DNA of 63,969 bases, the filler included, from Lama guanicoe (lineage: Eukaryota), in assembly GCA_013239625.1 (NCBI GenBank). It is 104 parts of 104 records of this genome, joined end to end, with 100 filler letters (N's around TTAATTAATTAA, not from the genome) between each part and the next. Parts side by side here need not be neighbours in the genome. Positions count along the whole stretch, not along the records: positions 12,316 to 12,556 come from PNXV01027311.1; positions 12,657 to 13,163 come from PNXV01027312.1; positions 13,264 to 14,059 come from PNXV01027313.1; positions 14,160 to 14,695 come from PNXV01027315.1; positions 14,796 to 15,410 come from PNXV01027316.1; positions 15,511 to 16,059 come from PNXV01027318.1; positions 16,160 to 16,634 come from PNXV01027319.1; positions 16,735 to 17,251 come from PNXV01027320.1; 96 more parts are not named here. One strand, given 5' to 3'. Numbering within the stretch: position 1 is the stretch's first letter; every line of letters begins with the position of its first letter. The position numbers and the translations under genes were made by a program. Of this stretch, positions 12,216 through 22,785 are shown piece by piece. Below the pieces are notes generated by a model. That model was given only the letters and a program-made list of their open reading frames with translations, did no database searches and was not told the origin of the DNA.

Positions 12216-12656
12216 NNNNNNNNNNNNNNNNNNNNNNNNNNNNNNNNNNNNNNNNNNNNTTAATTAATTAANNNNNNNNNNNNNNNNNNNNNNNNNNNNN
12301 NNNNNNNNNNNNNNNTTCTGGTGATATTTGAAATATATTAAAAACAGCAAACAATATCTTGTGTAGGAAAAACTTAGTGTTACAGATTAAAGTACACTTC
12401 AAAAACAAACAAACATACACATAGAGAAAAATTAGATTTGTAGTTAACATAGGCAGGGTTTGGGAAAGGAGGACTTGATTAATGCACTCAAGGTGTGTTC
12501 AAAGACTAAATAAGTGTTGTCAACAATGAAAATTAAAAGAAAAACAATTAGACATANNNNNNNNNNNNNNNNNNNNNNNNNNNNNNNNNNNNNNNNNNNN
12601 TTAATTAATTAANNNNNNNNNNNNNNNNNNNNNNNNNNNNNNNNNNNNNNNNNNNN

Positions 12657-12963
12657 TTTCTCAGCAAGAGCCAATTTTGAAATAAAGGCAGTTTGTGCAG
12701 GAAAAGCCTGTTGGAATGAGGGCTTCCCCATACACATGTAAGTTATATAGTTCCCCTCACCATGAAACGCTGTTCCCAACATGCTACATGCATGAAGGCT
12801 TCGACACACATTGAGTTCTAAGATGTTAGCATGTGGAGAGCCGCTCTTTCATTCAGCACAAAAGGCATGGTTACACCCAGGAAGATTTACCCAGATTTCT
12901 CAGCTGGTTCCTTCACCCAGATTCAAAATAAAGGCAGTTTCTGCTGGGAAAGCCTGTTGGAGA
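12657..12963 (+). repeat. Highly diverged 249-family satellite monomers
   Basis: AGCATGTGGAGAGCCGCTCTTTCATTCAGCACAAA matches the 249-bp monomer. AAATAAAGGCAG recurs at 12680 and 12926. Confidence 0.75.
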
Positions 12964-13263
12964 CTGTTCAGAGCTGTTTCAGGCTCTGTTCCAGCTGGAG
13001 GGTGCAAACCCCAACCTCCAGAAAGAGGGACCAGGACCCCACCCACCAGGTGGTGTTGCCTTTGTTGGGGAACAGTGATCTTTGGGTTAGATATTTTGCG
13101 GCCCTCTCTAAAAACTTTGACTTAAGTTTGCATCCTAGTCACCAGTTCCAGGGCAACAGAAAANNNNNNNNNNNNNNNNNNNNNNNNNNNNNNNNNNNNN
13201 NNNNNNNTTAATTAATTAANNNNNNNNNNNNNNNNNNNNNNNNNNNNNNNNNNNNNNNNNNNN

Positions 13264-13800
13264 GGCGGAGGGGTACACGGTCTCCGACATGGTCCGCGGG
13301 CAGGCGTGCGACATGGGGCCGCCCTAAAGCAACCTCCGGTAAATCGGGGAAGGATCCTGAGGCATGATGTGGTGATTGTCCGCACCCCGTGTGCCGGCCT
13401 TGCACCCCTGCGCAGCTTCACACACGACCTATGCGTTCGCAGCCGCGGCCTTGACCTAGGACCCTCGACCCTGATTCCAGCGCAGACCCCGACCCCCGCC
13501 AAACCGCCCCGTCTTCTGCGTGCCAGGAACTGGGGCAGGGCCTGGCCGCTCTTGCTGGGGCTTTGCTCCCGCAGCTTCCAGGTCGGCCCTCGCTCAGCGC
13601 GGGGAGTCGGGTAGGGGCTCATGGCGTGGGGGCCGTGCCCCGGTGGGGCCCTTCGTGACCCCCAGGCCGGGAACTTGAGCCCCGCCCCAGGGTGCACCCC
13701 TCGCGGCCTTCCCTTGAACACCCCAATGAAGCCGCCAATTCCTTCAGTTGTTCAAGGCGGTTGCGGCCATCCTCAGGCAATTGGTTGGCAGTGGCGTGTT
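13264..13800 (+). promoter_or_regulatory. CpG-rich segment, possible promoter or first exon
   Basis: High GC with retained CpGs. Downstream, an acceptor/donor pair flanks 13860-13902. Confidence 0.45.
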
Positions 13801-14159
13801 TCCAGAAACCAAGGATCATCGTCTCATTTCGTCCCTTCACCTGTGTTTCCCGCTGACAGCTTAGCTTCAGAACCTTCCGAGGTGCCAGTGGTTCTCTCCT
13901 GAGTAAGATTTCTTGAAAGCATGAGGTGGCAGCAGTGTTGGTGTGGAAAGTTTCAAACCTGAAGCTCCCAAATGGATTCTGCTGTGGTTCAGGAAGGGTA
14001 AGTCAGCATCGCTGTCTTGATTTCATCAAGAGTCATTTGGTTTTCAACCTCAGTTGACGNNNNNNNNNNNNNNNNNNNNNNNNNNNNNNNNNNNNNNNNN
14101 NNNTTAATTAATTAANNNNNNNNNNNNNNNNNNNNNNNNNNNNNNNNNNNNNNNNNNNN

Positions 14160-14695
14160 AAGGTATTTCTCGGACTTCCCCGAGCAGGGAACACCTGTGA
14201 ATGAAGAGTGCTGCGTGGTGTTGTCTCTCGAGCTCCCACACTCAATGACAATGTTTCCGGAATCCTGAGCGTGGGGAGGTTCCACCAACGGTCGGCAGTG
14301 CGTGGGTTCTAACGGAATGCCTGTGCTCGTTTCCCCTGTGGGATTTACTCATGTCTGTGTGCCAGTGAATGCTAGGGGGGGTTGCAGGAAATCCCAGTGA
14401 CAGAGGCGGCCTCCCCAAGATCAGGGAAGTTATTTCTCGGACTTCCCCGAGCGGGGAACACCTGTGACTGAAGAGGGCTGCGTGGAGTTGTCTCTCGAGC
14501 TCCCCCACTCAATGACAATGGTTCCGGAATCCTGAGCGTGGGGAGGTTCCACCAACGGTCGGCAGCGCGTGGGTTTTAATGGAATGCCTGTGCTCGCCAC
14601 CTCTGACGGTTTTCCTCATATCTCTGTGCCAGGGAACGCTAGGGGGTTTTCAGGAAATCCCAGTGACAGAGGCGGCCTCCCCAAGATCAGGGAAG
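14160..14695 (+). repeat. 267-bp satellite
   Basis: Two tandem monomers. Confidence 0.96.
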
Positions 14696-14795
14696 NNNNN
14701 NNNNNNNNNNNNNNNNNNNNNNNNNNNNNNNNNNNNNNNTTAATTAATTAANNNNNNNNNNNNNNNNNNNNNNNNNNNNNNNNNNNNNNNNNNNN

Positions 14796-15410
14796 TAAAC
14801 TAGTCTCCCCTGAGGGTTTTCCTAATGTCTCTGTGCCAGGGAATATTAAGGTGGTTTGCAGGATATCCCAGTCACATACGCTGCCTCCCCAAGATCAGGG
14901 AAGGTATATCCCGGACTTCCCCGAACAAGGAACTCCTGTGAATGAAGAGAGCTCCGTGGATTTGTCTCTCGAGCTCCCCCACGCACTGACAATGGTTCCG
15001 GATTCCTGAGCGTGGGGAGGTTCCACCAACGGTCGGCAGCGCGTGGGTTCTAACGGAATGCCTAAACTCGTCTCCCCTGAGGATTTTCCTAATGTCTCTG
15101 TGCCAGGGAATGCTAGGGGTGTTTGCAGGATATCCCAGTGACATACTCTGCCTCCCCAAGGTCAGGGAGGGTATATCCCAAACATCCACGAACAGGGAAC
15201 ACCTGTGACTGAAGAGAGCTGCGTGGAGTTGTCTCTCGAGCTCCCCCACGCACTGACAATGGTTCCGGAATCATGAGCGTGGGGAGGTACCAACAACGGT
15301 CGGCAGCGCGTGGTTTCTAACGGAATGCGTAAACTCGTCTCCCCTGAGGGTTTTACTAATTTCTCTGTGCCAGGGAATGGTAGGGGGGTTTGCAGGATAC
15401 CCCAGTGACA
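14796..15410 (+). repeat. 267-bp satellite (variant B)
   Basis: Tandem monomers with diagnostic CCCCACGCACTGAC and CCTAATGTC. Confidence 0.96.
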
Positions 15411-15510
15411 NNNNNNNNNNNNNNNNNNNNNNNNNNNNNNNNNNNNNNNNNNNNTTAATTAATTAANNNNNNNNNNNNNNNNNNNNNNNNNNNNNNNNNN
15501 NNNNNNNNNN

Positions 15511-15942
15511 ACCTATGAATGTTACTGTAAATGACAAAGACTTTGCAGATGTGACTAAGTTAAGCCCCATGAAATAAGGGGATTACCCTAAATTATCTGG
15601 GTGGGTCCTAAATGCAACAACAAGCGTCTTCATTGGAGCGAGATACAGGGAGATGTGTCACAGACACAAGGGAAGGCAGTGTGACTGCAGGGGTGCAGAT
15701 CAGAGTGACGCAACCATGAGCCAGGGAATGCTTGCCGCCACCAAAAGCTGGATGAGCCAGGGGCAGATTCTCCCCCAGAGTCTACAGGGCAATGCGGCCC
15801 TGCCCTCACTCACCTTGATTTCAGTCCAGTGAAACCATTTTCAGATTTCTGGCCTCCAGAAATGTGAGAGAATATATTTTTGTTGTTTTAAGTCACCAAT
15901 TTCATGGTAATTGGCCTAGCAGCCCTAGGAAACTAGTAATAC
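15511..15942 (+). mobile_element. MaLR LTR (MLT1D-like)
   Basis: GACTTTGCAGATGTGACTAAGTTAAG, CACCTTGATTTCAGTCCAGTGAAACC, TGTTGTTTTAAGTCACC, AGGAAACTA. Confidence 0.88.
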
Positions 15943-16159
15943 TTGTGGATCCACCCAAACAGCACCAAAATTACAGTTAAAGGAGAGAAAATGATATAAC
16001 TGAGCAAGACAGAACAGCAGGAAAGAATTTTGATGAATTTTTAGAAGGTGGAAAAAATGNNNNNNNNNNNNNNNNNNNNNNNNNNNNNNNNNNNNNNNNN
16101 NNNTTAATTAATTAANNNNNNNNNNNNNNNNNNNNNNNNNNNNNNNNNNNNNNNNNNNN

Positions 16160-16634
16160 CTGTTTTCCATATTCTATATTTGTGTTCTATATTCTATATT
16201 CTTTATTCTATACTCTACTTTCCGTATCCTATATTCTAAACTCTGTGTTCTACATTATATATTCTAAGTTCGATACTCAGTATTCTGTATTGTATATTCT
16301 AAATTCTGTGTTCTGCATTCCATGTTCTAAATTTTGGTTTCTGTATTCTGTTTTCCATATTCTATATTTGTGTTCTATATTCTATATTCTTTATTCTATA
16401 CTCTACTTTCCGTATCCTATATTCTAAACTCTGTGTTCTACATTATATATTCTAAGTTCGATACTCAGTATTCTGTATTGTATATTCTAAATTCTGTGTT
16501 CTGCATTCCATGTTCTAAATTTTGGTTTCTGTATTCTGTTTTCCATATTCTATATTCTGTGTTCTACTATCTATATTCAAAATTTTATATTCAGTAATCT
16601 GTATTCTATATTCTAAATACTGTGTTCTGCATTC
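16160..16634 (+). repeat. AT-rich heptamer satellite with 188-bp higher-order unit
   Basis: CTGTTTTCCAT at 16160, 16348 and 16536. Confidence 0.94.
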
Positions 16635-17351
16635 NNNNNNNNNNNNNNNNNNNNNNNNNNNNNNNNNNNNNNNNNNNNTTAATTAATTAANNNNNNNNNN
16701 NNNNNNNNNNNNNNNNNNNNNNNNNNNNNNNNNNTGATTCCCTGTGTATCTTTCAAGTTGTCCCTCGGGCAGAAGAGGGTGAGGTGTCTTTGCAGATGGG
16801 TGGTCCCCCTTTACTGGGGAGATTGAGGGGAGCTGTGTCCCCCCGGCCTACGGCCTCAGGCCTTGAGTCTGGAGAGCGCTCATGGCGGTCCCACAGGTGA
16901 CAGTCAGAGGACCTGGCAGGTGCTGCCGGGCATGATGTGGAGGAGGTGCTCTATGATTCTCTGTGATTCTAACGTCAGATTCTATTTTCTGGTTGTTGGT
17001 AAGTTGGAGGAGAAGATGCCAGAGAATTGATAAAAAGAAAGTCCACACCAGTCCTGTGAATGACAGGCACAGGGGATCCGTGTCCCACCTGCATGTGGTG
17101 CCTGGCGGGCTCTGGATTAATTTTGACTTCCTCCCCGGACATGCCTCTATGGTTTAAGGAAGGGGAGAGGCATGTCATGGCCACGATCTGTACTTGTCCT
17201 CACAGGGCCCTGTGATCTATGCGCCTGCACTCCCCTTCTGCTCCTTGTAGANNNNNNNNNNNNNNNNNNNNNNNNNNNNNNNNNNNNNNNNNNNNTTAAT
17301 TAATTAANNNNNNNNNNNNNNNNNNNNNNNNNNNNNNNNNNNNNNNNNNNN

Positions 17352-17913
17352 TAATATCTCTCTGCCAGGGAATGCTAGGGGGGTTTTCAGGAATTCCCAG
17401 AGACGGAGGCTGCCTCCCCAAGGGCAGGGAAGTTATTTCTCGGACTTCCCCCGAACAGTGAACACCTGTGACTGAAGAGAGCTGCGTGGAGTTGTCTCTC
17501 GAGCTCCCCCACGCACTGACAGTGGTTCCGGAATGCTGAGCGTGGGAAAGTTCCACCAACGGTCAGAAGCGTTTAAGTTCTAGCGGAATGCCTAAGGTCG
17601 ACTCCCCTGTGTTTTTTCCTAATGTCTCTGTGCCAGGGCATGCTAGGGGGGATTGCAGGAAATCCCAGTGACAGAGGCTGCCTCCCCAAGTTCAGGGAAG
17701 GTATTTCTCGTACTTCCCCGTTCAGGGAACACCTGTGACTTAAGAGAGCTTCGTGGAGTTATCTCTCGAGCTCCCCCACGCACTGACAGTGGTTCCGGAA
17801 TGCTGAGCGTGGGAAAGTTCCACCAACGGTCAGAAGCGTTTAAGTTCTAGCGGAATGCCTAAGGTCGACTCCCCTGTGTTTTTTCCTAATGTCTCTGTGC
17901 CAGGGAATGCTAG
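17352..17913 (+). repeat. 267-bp satellite (variant B)
   Basis: Two monomers sharing private variants (CAGAAGCGTTTAAGTTCTAGCGG). Confidence 0.96.
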
Positions 17914-18013
17914 NNNNNNNNNNNNNNNNNNNNNNNNNNNNNNNNNNNNNNNNNNNNTTAATTAATTAANNNNNNNNNNNNNNNNNNNNNNNNNNNNNNN
18001 NNNNNNNNNNNNN

Positions 18014-18154
18014 GGGACGGTTCCAAGATGGCCGCGCGCTTGGGGTCCGCAACTGCTGGCGGACCCGAGCCCCGTTCACTGCCACCGCTATTGACCAGAG
18101 ACGACGGTCGGATCGGCGACCCCGGGGGCTGTCCCCACGTGGCGGGTGGCCGCC
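18014..18154 (+). promoter_or_regulatory. HTT: HTT-like 5'UTR with upstream ATG (uORF start 18028)
   Basis: GGGACGGTTCCAAGATGG...CCCGAGCCCCGTTCACTGCC...CCGCCATGG parallels the human HTT 5'UTR as recalled. The uORF peptide contains GPEPRSLP (human GPEPHSLP). Confidence 0.8.
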
Positions 18155-18362
18155 ATGGCGACCCTGGAAAAGATGGTGAAGGCCTTCGAGTCCCTCAAGT
18201 CCTTCCAGCAGCCGCCGCCGCCGCCTCAGCCCCCTAAGCCGGCATCGCAGCCGCCGCCACTTCATCCCTTCAGGCGATACCGCCGCCGATGCCGCCTCAG
18301 CACCCTCAGCCGGCACCGCCGTCCGCCCAGCCCCCTCAGCCGGCACCGCCGCCCGCCCAGCC
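18155..18362 (+). pseudogene. HTT: Huntingtin exon-1 homologue (N17 + Q2 + Pro-rich region, frameshifted); either a diverged copy or an error-prone read of HTT
   Basis: Kozak GCCGCCATGG, then MATLEKMVKAFESLKSFQQPPPPPQPP (mammalian HTT is MATLEKLMKAFESLKSF-Qn-Pn). The Pro/Gln frame resumes in another frame after ~18268. Homology is clear but pseudogene status is uncertain. Confidence 0.85.
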
Positions 18363-18462
18363 NNNNNNNNNNNNNNNNNNNNNNNNNNNNNNNNNNNNNN
18401 NNNNNNTTAATTAATTAANNNNNNNNNNNNNNNNNNNNNNNNNNNNNNNNNNNNNNNNNNNN

Positions 18463-19107
18463 GAATTCTGAGTGCAGGGATTTTACTCCAACTGAGAGCA
18501 GCGCCTGGGTTGTAATTGAATCCATTTGCTTGTTTTTCCTGATTTAAAGCCTAGGCGGGAGTGCGGGGGAAAGTGTGGTTTGGGCTCCGAAAGCAAGTAT
18601 TTGCGATGACCTCTCTATGGTTTGTGGAGGTGTTTAAACTACATCCCTAACCTGGGAAAACCTGTGCCCGCATAAAGATACGTGGAGTCTGTTTCCCCAC
18701 CTCCAGCACACACACGGAGACGTGCTCAGGTATCCTGATTGTGTGGAGGCTCCTCCAAATAGCAGCAGCTTCTGTGTTCTAATAGAATCTCTTAGCTTGT
18801 CTTCCCTGATGGCATGCCTAGGCTGGAGAGTGGGGGAAAGTGGGGGTTGGGCTCTAAACCAAGTATTAGCGAGAGCCTATCCATGGGATGTGGGATTTTA
18901 ACCTACAACCCACAACCATGGAATAAATGTGCCCCCTGAAAGATGCTTTGACTGTTTCCCTACATCCAGCACACACGCGAAGAAGTGTTCTGGAATTCTG
19001 AGTGTGGGGAGGATCTTCAAACTGACAGCAGCACCTGGGTTCTATTTGTATCCCTTACCTTCTGTTCCCTGAGTGTTCCTTTGGCCAGGCCATGAGGGAA
19101 AGCTGGG
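18463..19107 (+). repeat. Diverged ~265-bp satellite related to the 267-bp family
   Basis: Monomer starts at 18463, 18730 and 18993 (GAATTCTGAGTG / GTATCCTGATTG), homologous to GGAATCCTGAGCGTGGGGAGG. Confidence 0.85.
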
Positions 19108-19615
19108 NNNNNNNNNNNNNNNNNNNNNNNNNNNNNNNNNNNNNNNNNNNNTTAATTAATTAANNNNNNNNNNNNNNNNNNNNNNNNNNNNNNNNNNNNN
19201 NNNNNNNGAATCCCCTGGGCCCCTTCTGGAAGCTCAGATAAAATGGAGGTAGTGTTCATTTCTTCTCTCTCTTCCCTTTTTCTTTCCTTTTTTAAAAGAT
19301 CCCATTTTGTTATAGGGAAACTTGTTTGAAATATGTATTGCCTCTATTTCCTGAAAAGCTCTGAATGGAGCACTTTATCCTTTTTTAGGTCCATGCGAGA
19401 ACCATAGATTAGGATTTTATCACAAGGGAGTAAACCCCCCAGAGAGTGGTGAAATCCCTGGTAACGGTTCTGTTACACCCCTCCCTCCACCCCTGTGTCC
19501 ACCACGCTCCCAGACNNNNNNNNNNNNNNNNNNNNNNNNNNNNNNNNNNNNNNNNNNNNTTAATTAATTAANNNNNNNNNNNNNNNNNNNNNNNNNNNNN
19601 NNNNNNNNNNNNNNN

Positions 19616-19878
19616 TCTGGGTTCTATATTATTTATTCTATATTCTATATTGTGTGTTCTTCATTCAATATTCTACAAACTAAATTTTGTGTTTCGTATA
19701 CTGTATTCTATATTCTGTGTTCTACATGATATATTCTAAAATCTATATTCAGTATTCTGTATTCTAAATTTTAATTCTGTGTTCTGATTTCCATGATGTA
19801 TATTCTGGATTCTATATTCTCTTTTCTATAATCTAAATAATGTGTACTTCATTAAATAATGTACATACAATTTTCTGC
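19616..19878 (+). repeat. AT-rich heptamer-based satellite (degenerate)
   Basis: Same 7-mer vocabulary. Confidence 0.88.
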
Positions 19879-19978
19879 NNNNNNNNNNNNNNNNNNNNNN
19901 NNNNNNNNNNNNNNNNNNNNNNTTAATTAATTAANNNNNNNNNNNNNNNNNNNNNNNNNNNNNNNNNNNNNNNNNNNN

Positions 19979-20210
19979 TGTGTGTGCTGGATGTAGGGAA
20001 ACAGTCAAAGTATCTTTCAGGGGGCACCTTTATTCCATGGTTGTGGGTAGAAAGTTAAAAACCCACATCCCATGGATAGGCTCTCGCTTATACTTGGTTT
20101 AGAGCCCAACCCCAACTTTCTCCCACTCTCCAGCATAGGCATGCCATCAAGGAAGACACGTTAAGGAAATCTTTTAGAACCCAGGCGCTGCTGTCATTTG
20201 GAGGAGCCTC
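19979..20210 (-). repeat. Diverged ~265-bp satellite (reverse)
   Basis: The reverse complement closely matches ~18746-18976. Confidence 0.88.
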
Positions 20211-20310
20211 NNNNNNNNNNNNNNNNNNNNNNNNNNNNNNNNNNNNNNNNNNNNTTAATTAATTAANNNNNNNNNNNNNNNNNNNNNNNNNNNNNNNNNN
20301 NNNNNNNNNN

Positions 20311-20607
20311 TCTCGGACTTCCCCCAACACGGAACACCTCTGACTGAAGAGAGCTGTGTGGAGTTCTCCTTAGAGGTCCCCCACGCACTGACAATGGTTC
20401 CGGAATCCTGAGCGTGGGGAGGTTCCACCAACGGTCGACAGTGATGGGTTCTAACGGAATGCCTAAACTCGACTCCCCTGAGGATTTTGCTACTCTCTCT
20501 GTGGCAGAGAATACTAGGCTGATTTGCAGGATATCCCAGTGACAGAGGCTCCCTCCCAAAGTTCAGGGAAGTAATTTCTCAGAATTCCCCCTAACAGGGT
20601 ACACCTG
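20311..20607 (+). repeat. 267-bp satellite (more diverged)
   Basis: Aligns to the monomer with scattered substitutions. Confidence 0.93.
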
Positions 20608-22785
20608 NNNNNNNNNNNNNNNNNNNNNNNNNNNNNNNNNNNNNNNNNNNNTTAATTAATTAANNNNNNNNNNNNNNNNNNNNNNNNNNNNNNNNNNNNN
20701 NNNNNNNATGAGGGGTGAGTGTGAGGTTGTGTGGCCTGCTGGACACTGAAATTGGGTTTAATTTAAAAAGGGAAGGTTTAGCGTGACTTACAAAGAATAA
20801 AACATTCAGGGACATTAAATTTGGGAAGTGTATACGGGAAGTAAAAGTAATGTATAGTAGAACCAGTAACATAAGATATGAAGTAAAAACTGAGACATTA
20901 TTATATTAAATGGTAGTTTCAAAGACAAATACAACTGCTGGCTATGAGTATATATAAGTGAAACATAAAGTAAAGAATTCATATTTTCAATTAGGAAAAC
21001 AAAATTAGAAATTTGAAGCATTCCAGAATAAGTTTCATATATGACATAAAGCTTATTAAAAACAACTAAGATCATTTAATAAATATTTCAGGGAAAATTT
21101 TAACCATCAAAAGTGAATTTTGTAATAGGAGTGAAAGTATAAGAACAAGCATTTATTATCCAGTCATATGTCAGCTGGCTAGTAATGTTTTCAGTAAGAT
21201 CATTAACTTGTTTATGTGAACCTCAGACTCCTTACACTATGCACCCCTTACCCTGGGAAGTACCAAAAATGAGCAACAGAGCTGACCTCAGAGTGATCCA
21301 CAGAGTCCTTGGCAGGCACCAAAAACCGGCACCCGAGAAAATTTAGGAGCCATCAGGATCCAACGTCCATTGAGAGTTTTGGATGACTATCTGCCAAAGT
21401 CCTTTCCAATCTCCTTTTGTTTTTCCCCGGGATGATTCACACATCCATAGCCCAACATGCTGTTGTGAGACTTCTTCATGAACACCACAAACGCAAAAAC
21501 AGAAGAGAAATCTTTCTCCTTCTAGTTAATCTCAGCTCTTCTAGTCTACACTGGGAGGCTGTTGCATTTTGATAGTGACCATGAGNNNNNNNNNNNNNNN
21601 NNNNNNNNNNNNNNNNNNNNNNNNNNNNNTTAATTAATTAANNNNNNNNNNNNNNNNNNNNNNNNNNNNNNNNNNNNNNNNNNNNAGCCTTCAACAGAAA
21701 GCTTTAGGCCTCTATGTTCTTGCTCAAAATTTAAGGCAGTGATTTTATGAGATAATCCCTAGAGACTACATACCAGGTTAAAGTGTTCAAACTTCCATGA
21801 ACTATGTGTTAGAGAAAGGTGAGATAGTTACTCCTTTGAAGACGAAGTGATATTTGAAAAATCCTGTGTACTTTCCAGGTCTTTTAGATTCTATAGATTT
21901 TTAGTATTCTAGCCCTTTAATACTACTAACACTGATGATAACTAGTGAGGCAAATTGCAGAGCAAATTATAGATNNNNNNNNNNNNNNNNNNNNNNNNNN
22001 NNNNNNNNNNNNNNNNNNTTAATTAATTAANNNNNNNNNNNNNNNNNNNNNNNNNNNNNNNNNNNNNNNNNNNNTTCAAGGGATCCACTTCATGAAGGAA
22101 GGAAAGTATTAAGTAAACCACTTAAGCAACATGTTTGTCAATAAACCTTGGTGTCTCTGTCTCAGCCTGAAGGAGGGTAAGCCCTCCAGCCCATCTGCCT
22201 TCCTGCCACATACCCTGGATGTTCTTGGTTCCCTCACCTGTGACACGTGTGTTCTCCTAGGACTCTGTAGAGATTAAATGATAAAACTATATGCAAACGG
22301 GCTACCTCATTGCCAGACAGTAGGCACTGAAAAAATAATAAAATTAATTTGTTTCATGAAAATGGAAGACAAGTCTCTCAATTAAACATTCCTGATAGAA
22401 TCCCAACAAGCACTTTAACTTATCTGCCAGAAATTGTAAAATAGGATTTCTTTTTTGAAGGCTGCATCCATTCTCCCTACTTTTTACCAATCCTGGCTGT
22501 TATCCTGAAAATCTATTCCCAGAACTTGGCATCCATCTCCCATATTTAAATCCTTTAAGTTTGAAATTATGATGAAGCTTGGGCACATAAAATTTCACAC
22601 CATTATTCACAGAATAAACAAAGACCACAGGATCAAGGCCACCTCCAGACCCCATGTGCTCAGGACAGGCTCCAAACTTCACAAANNNNNNNNNNNNNNN
22701 NNNNNNNNNNNNNNNNNNNNNNNNNNNNNTTAATTAATTAANNNNNNNNNNNNNNNNNNNNNNNNNNNNNNNNNNNNNNNNNNNN

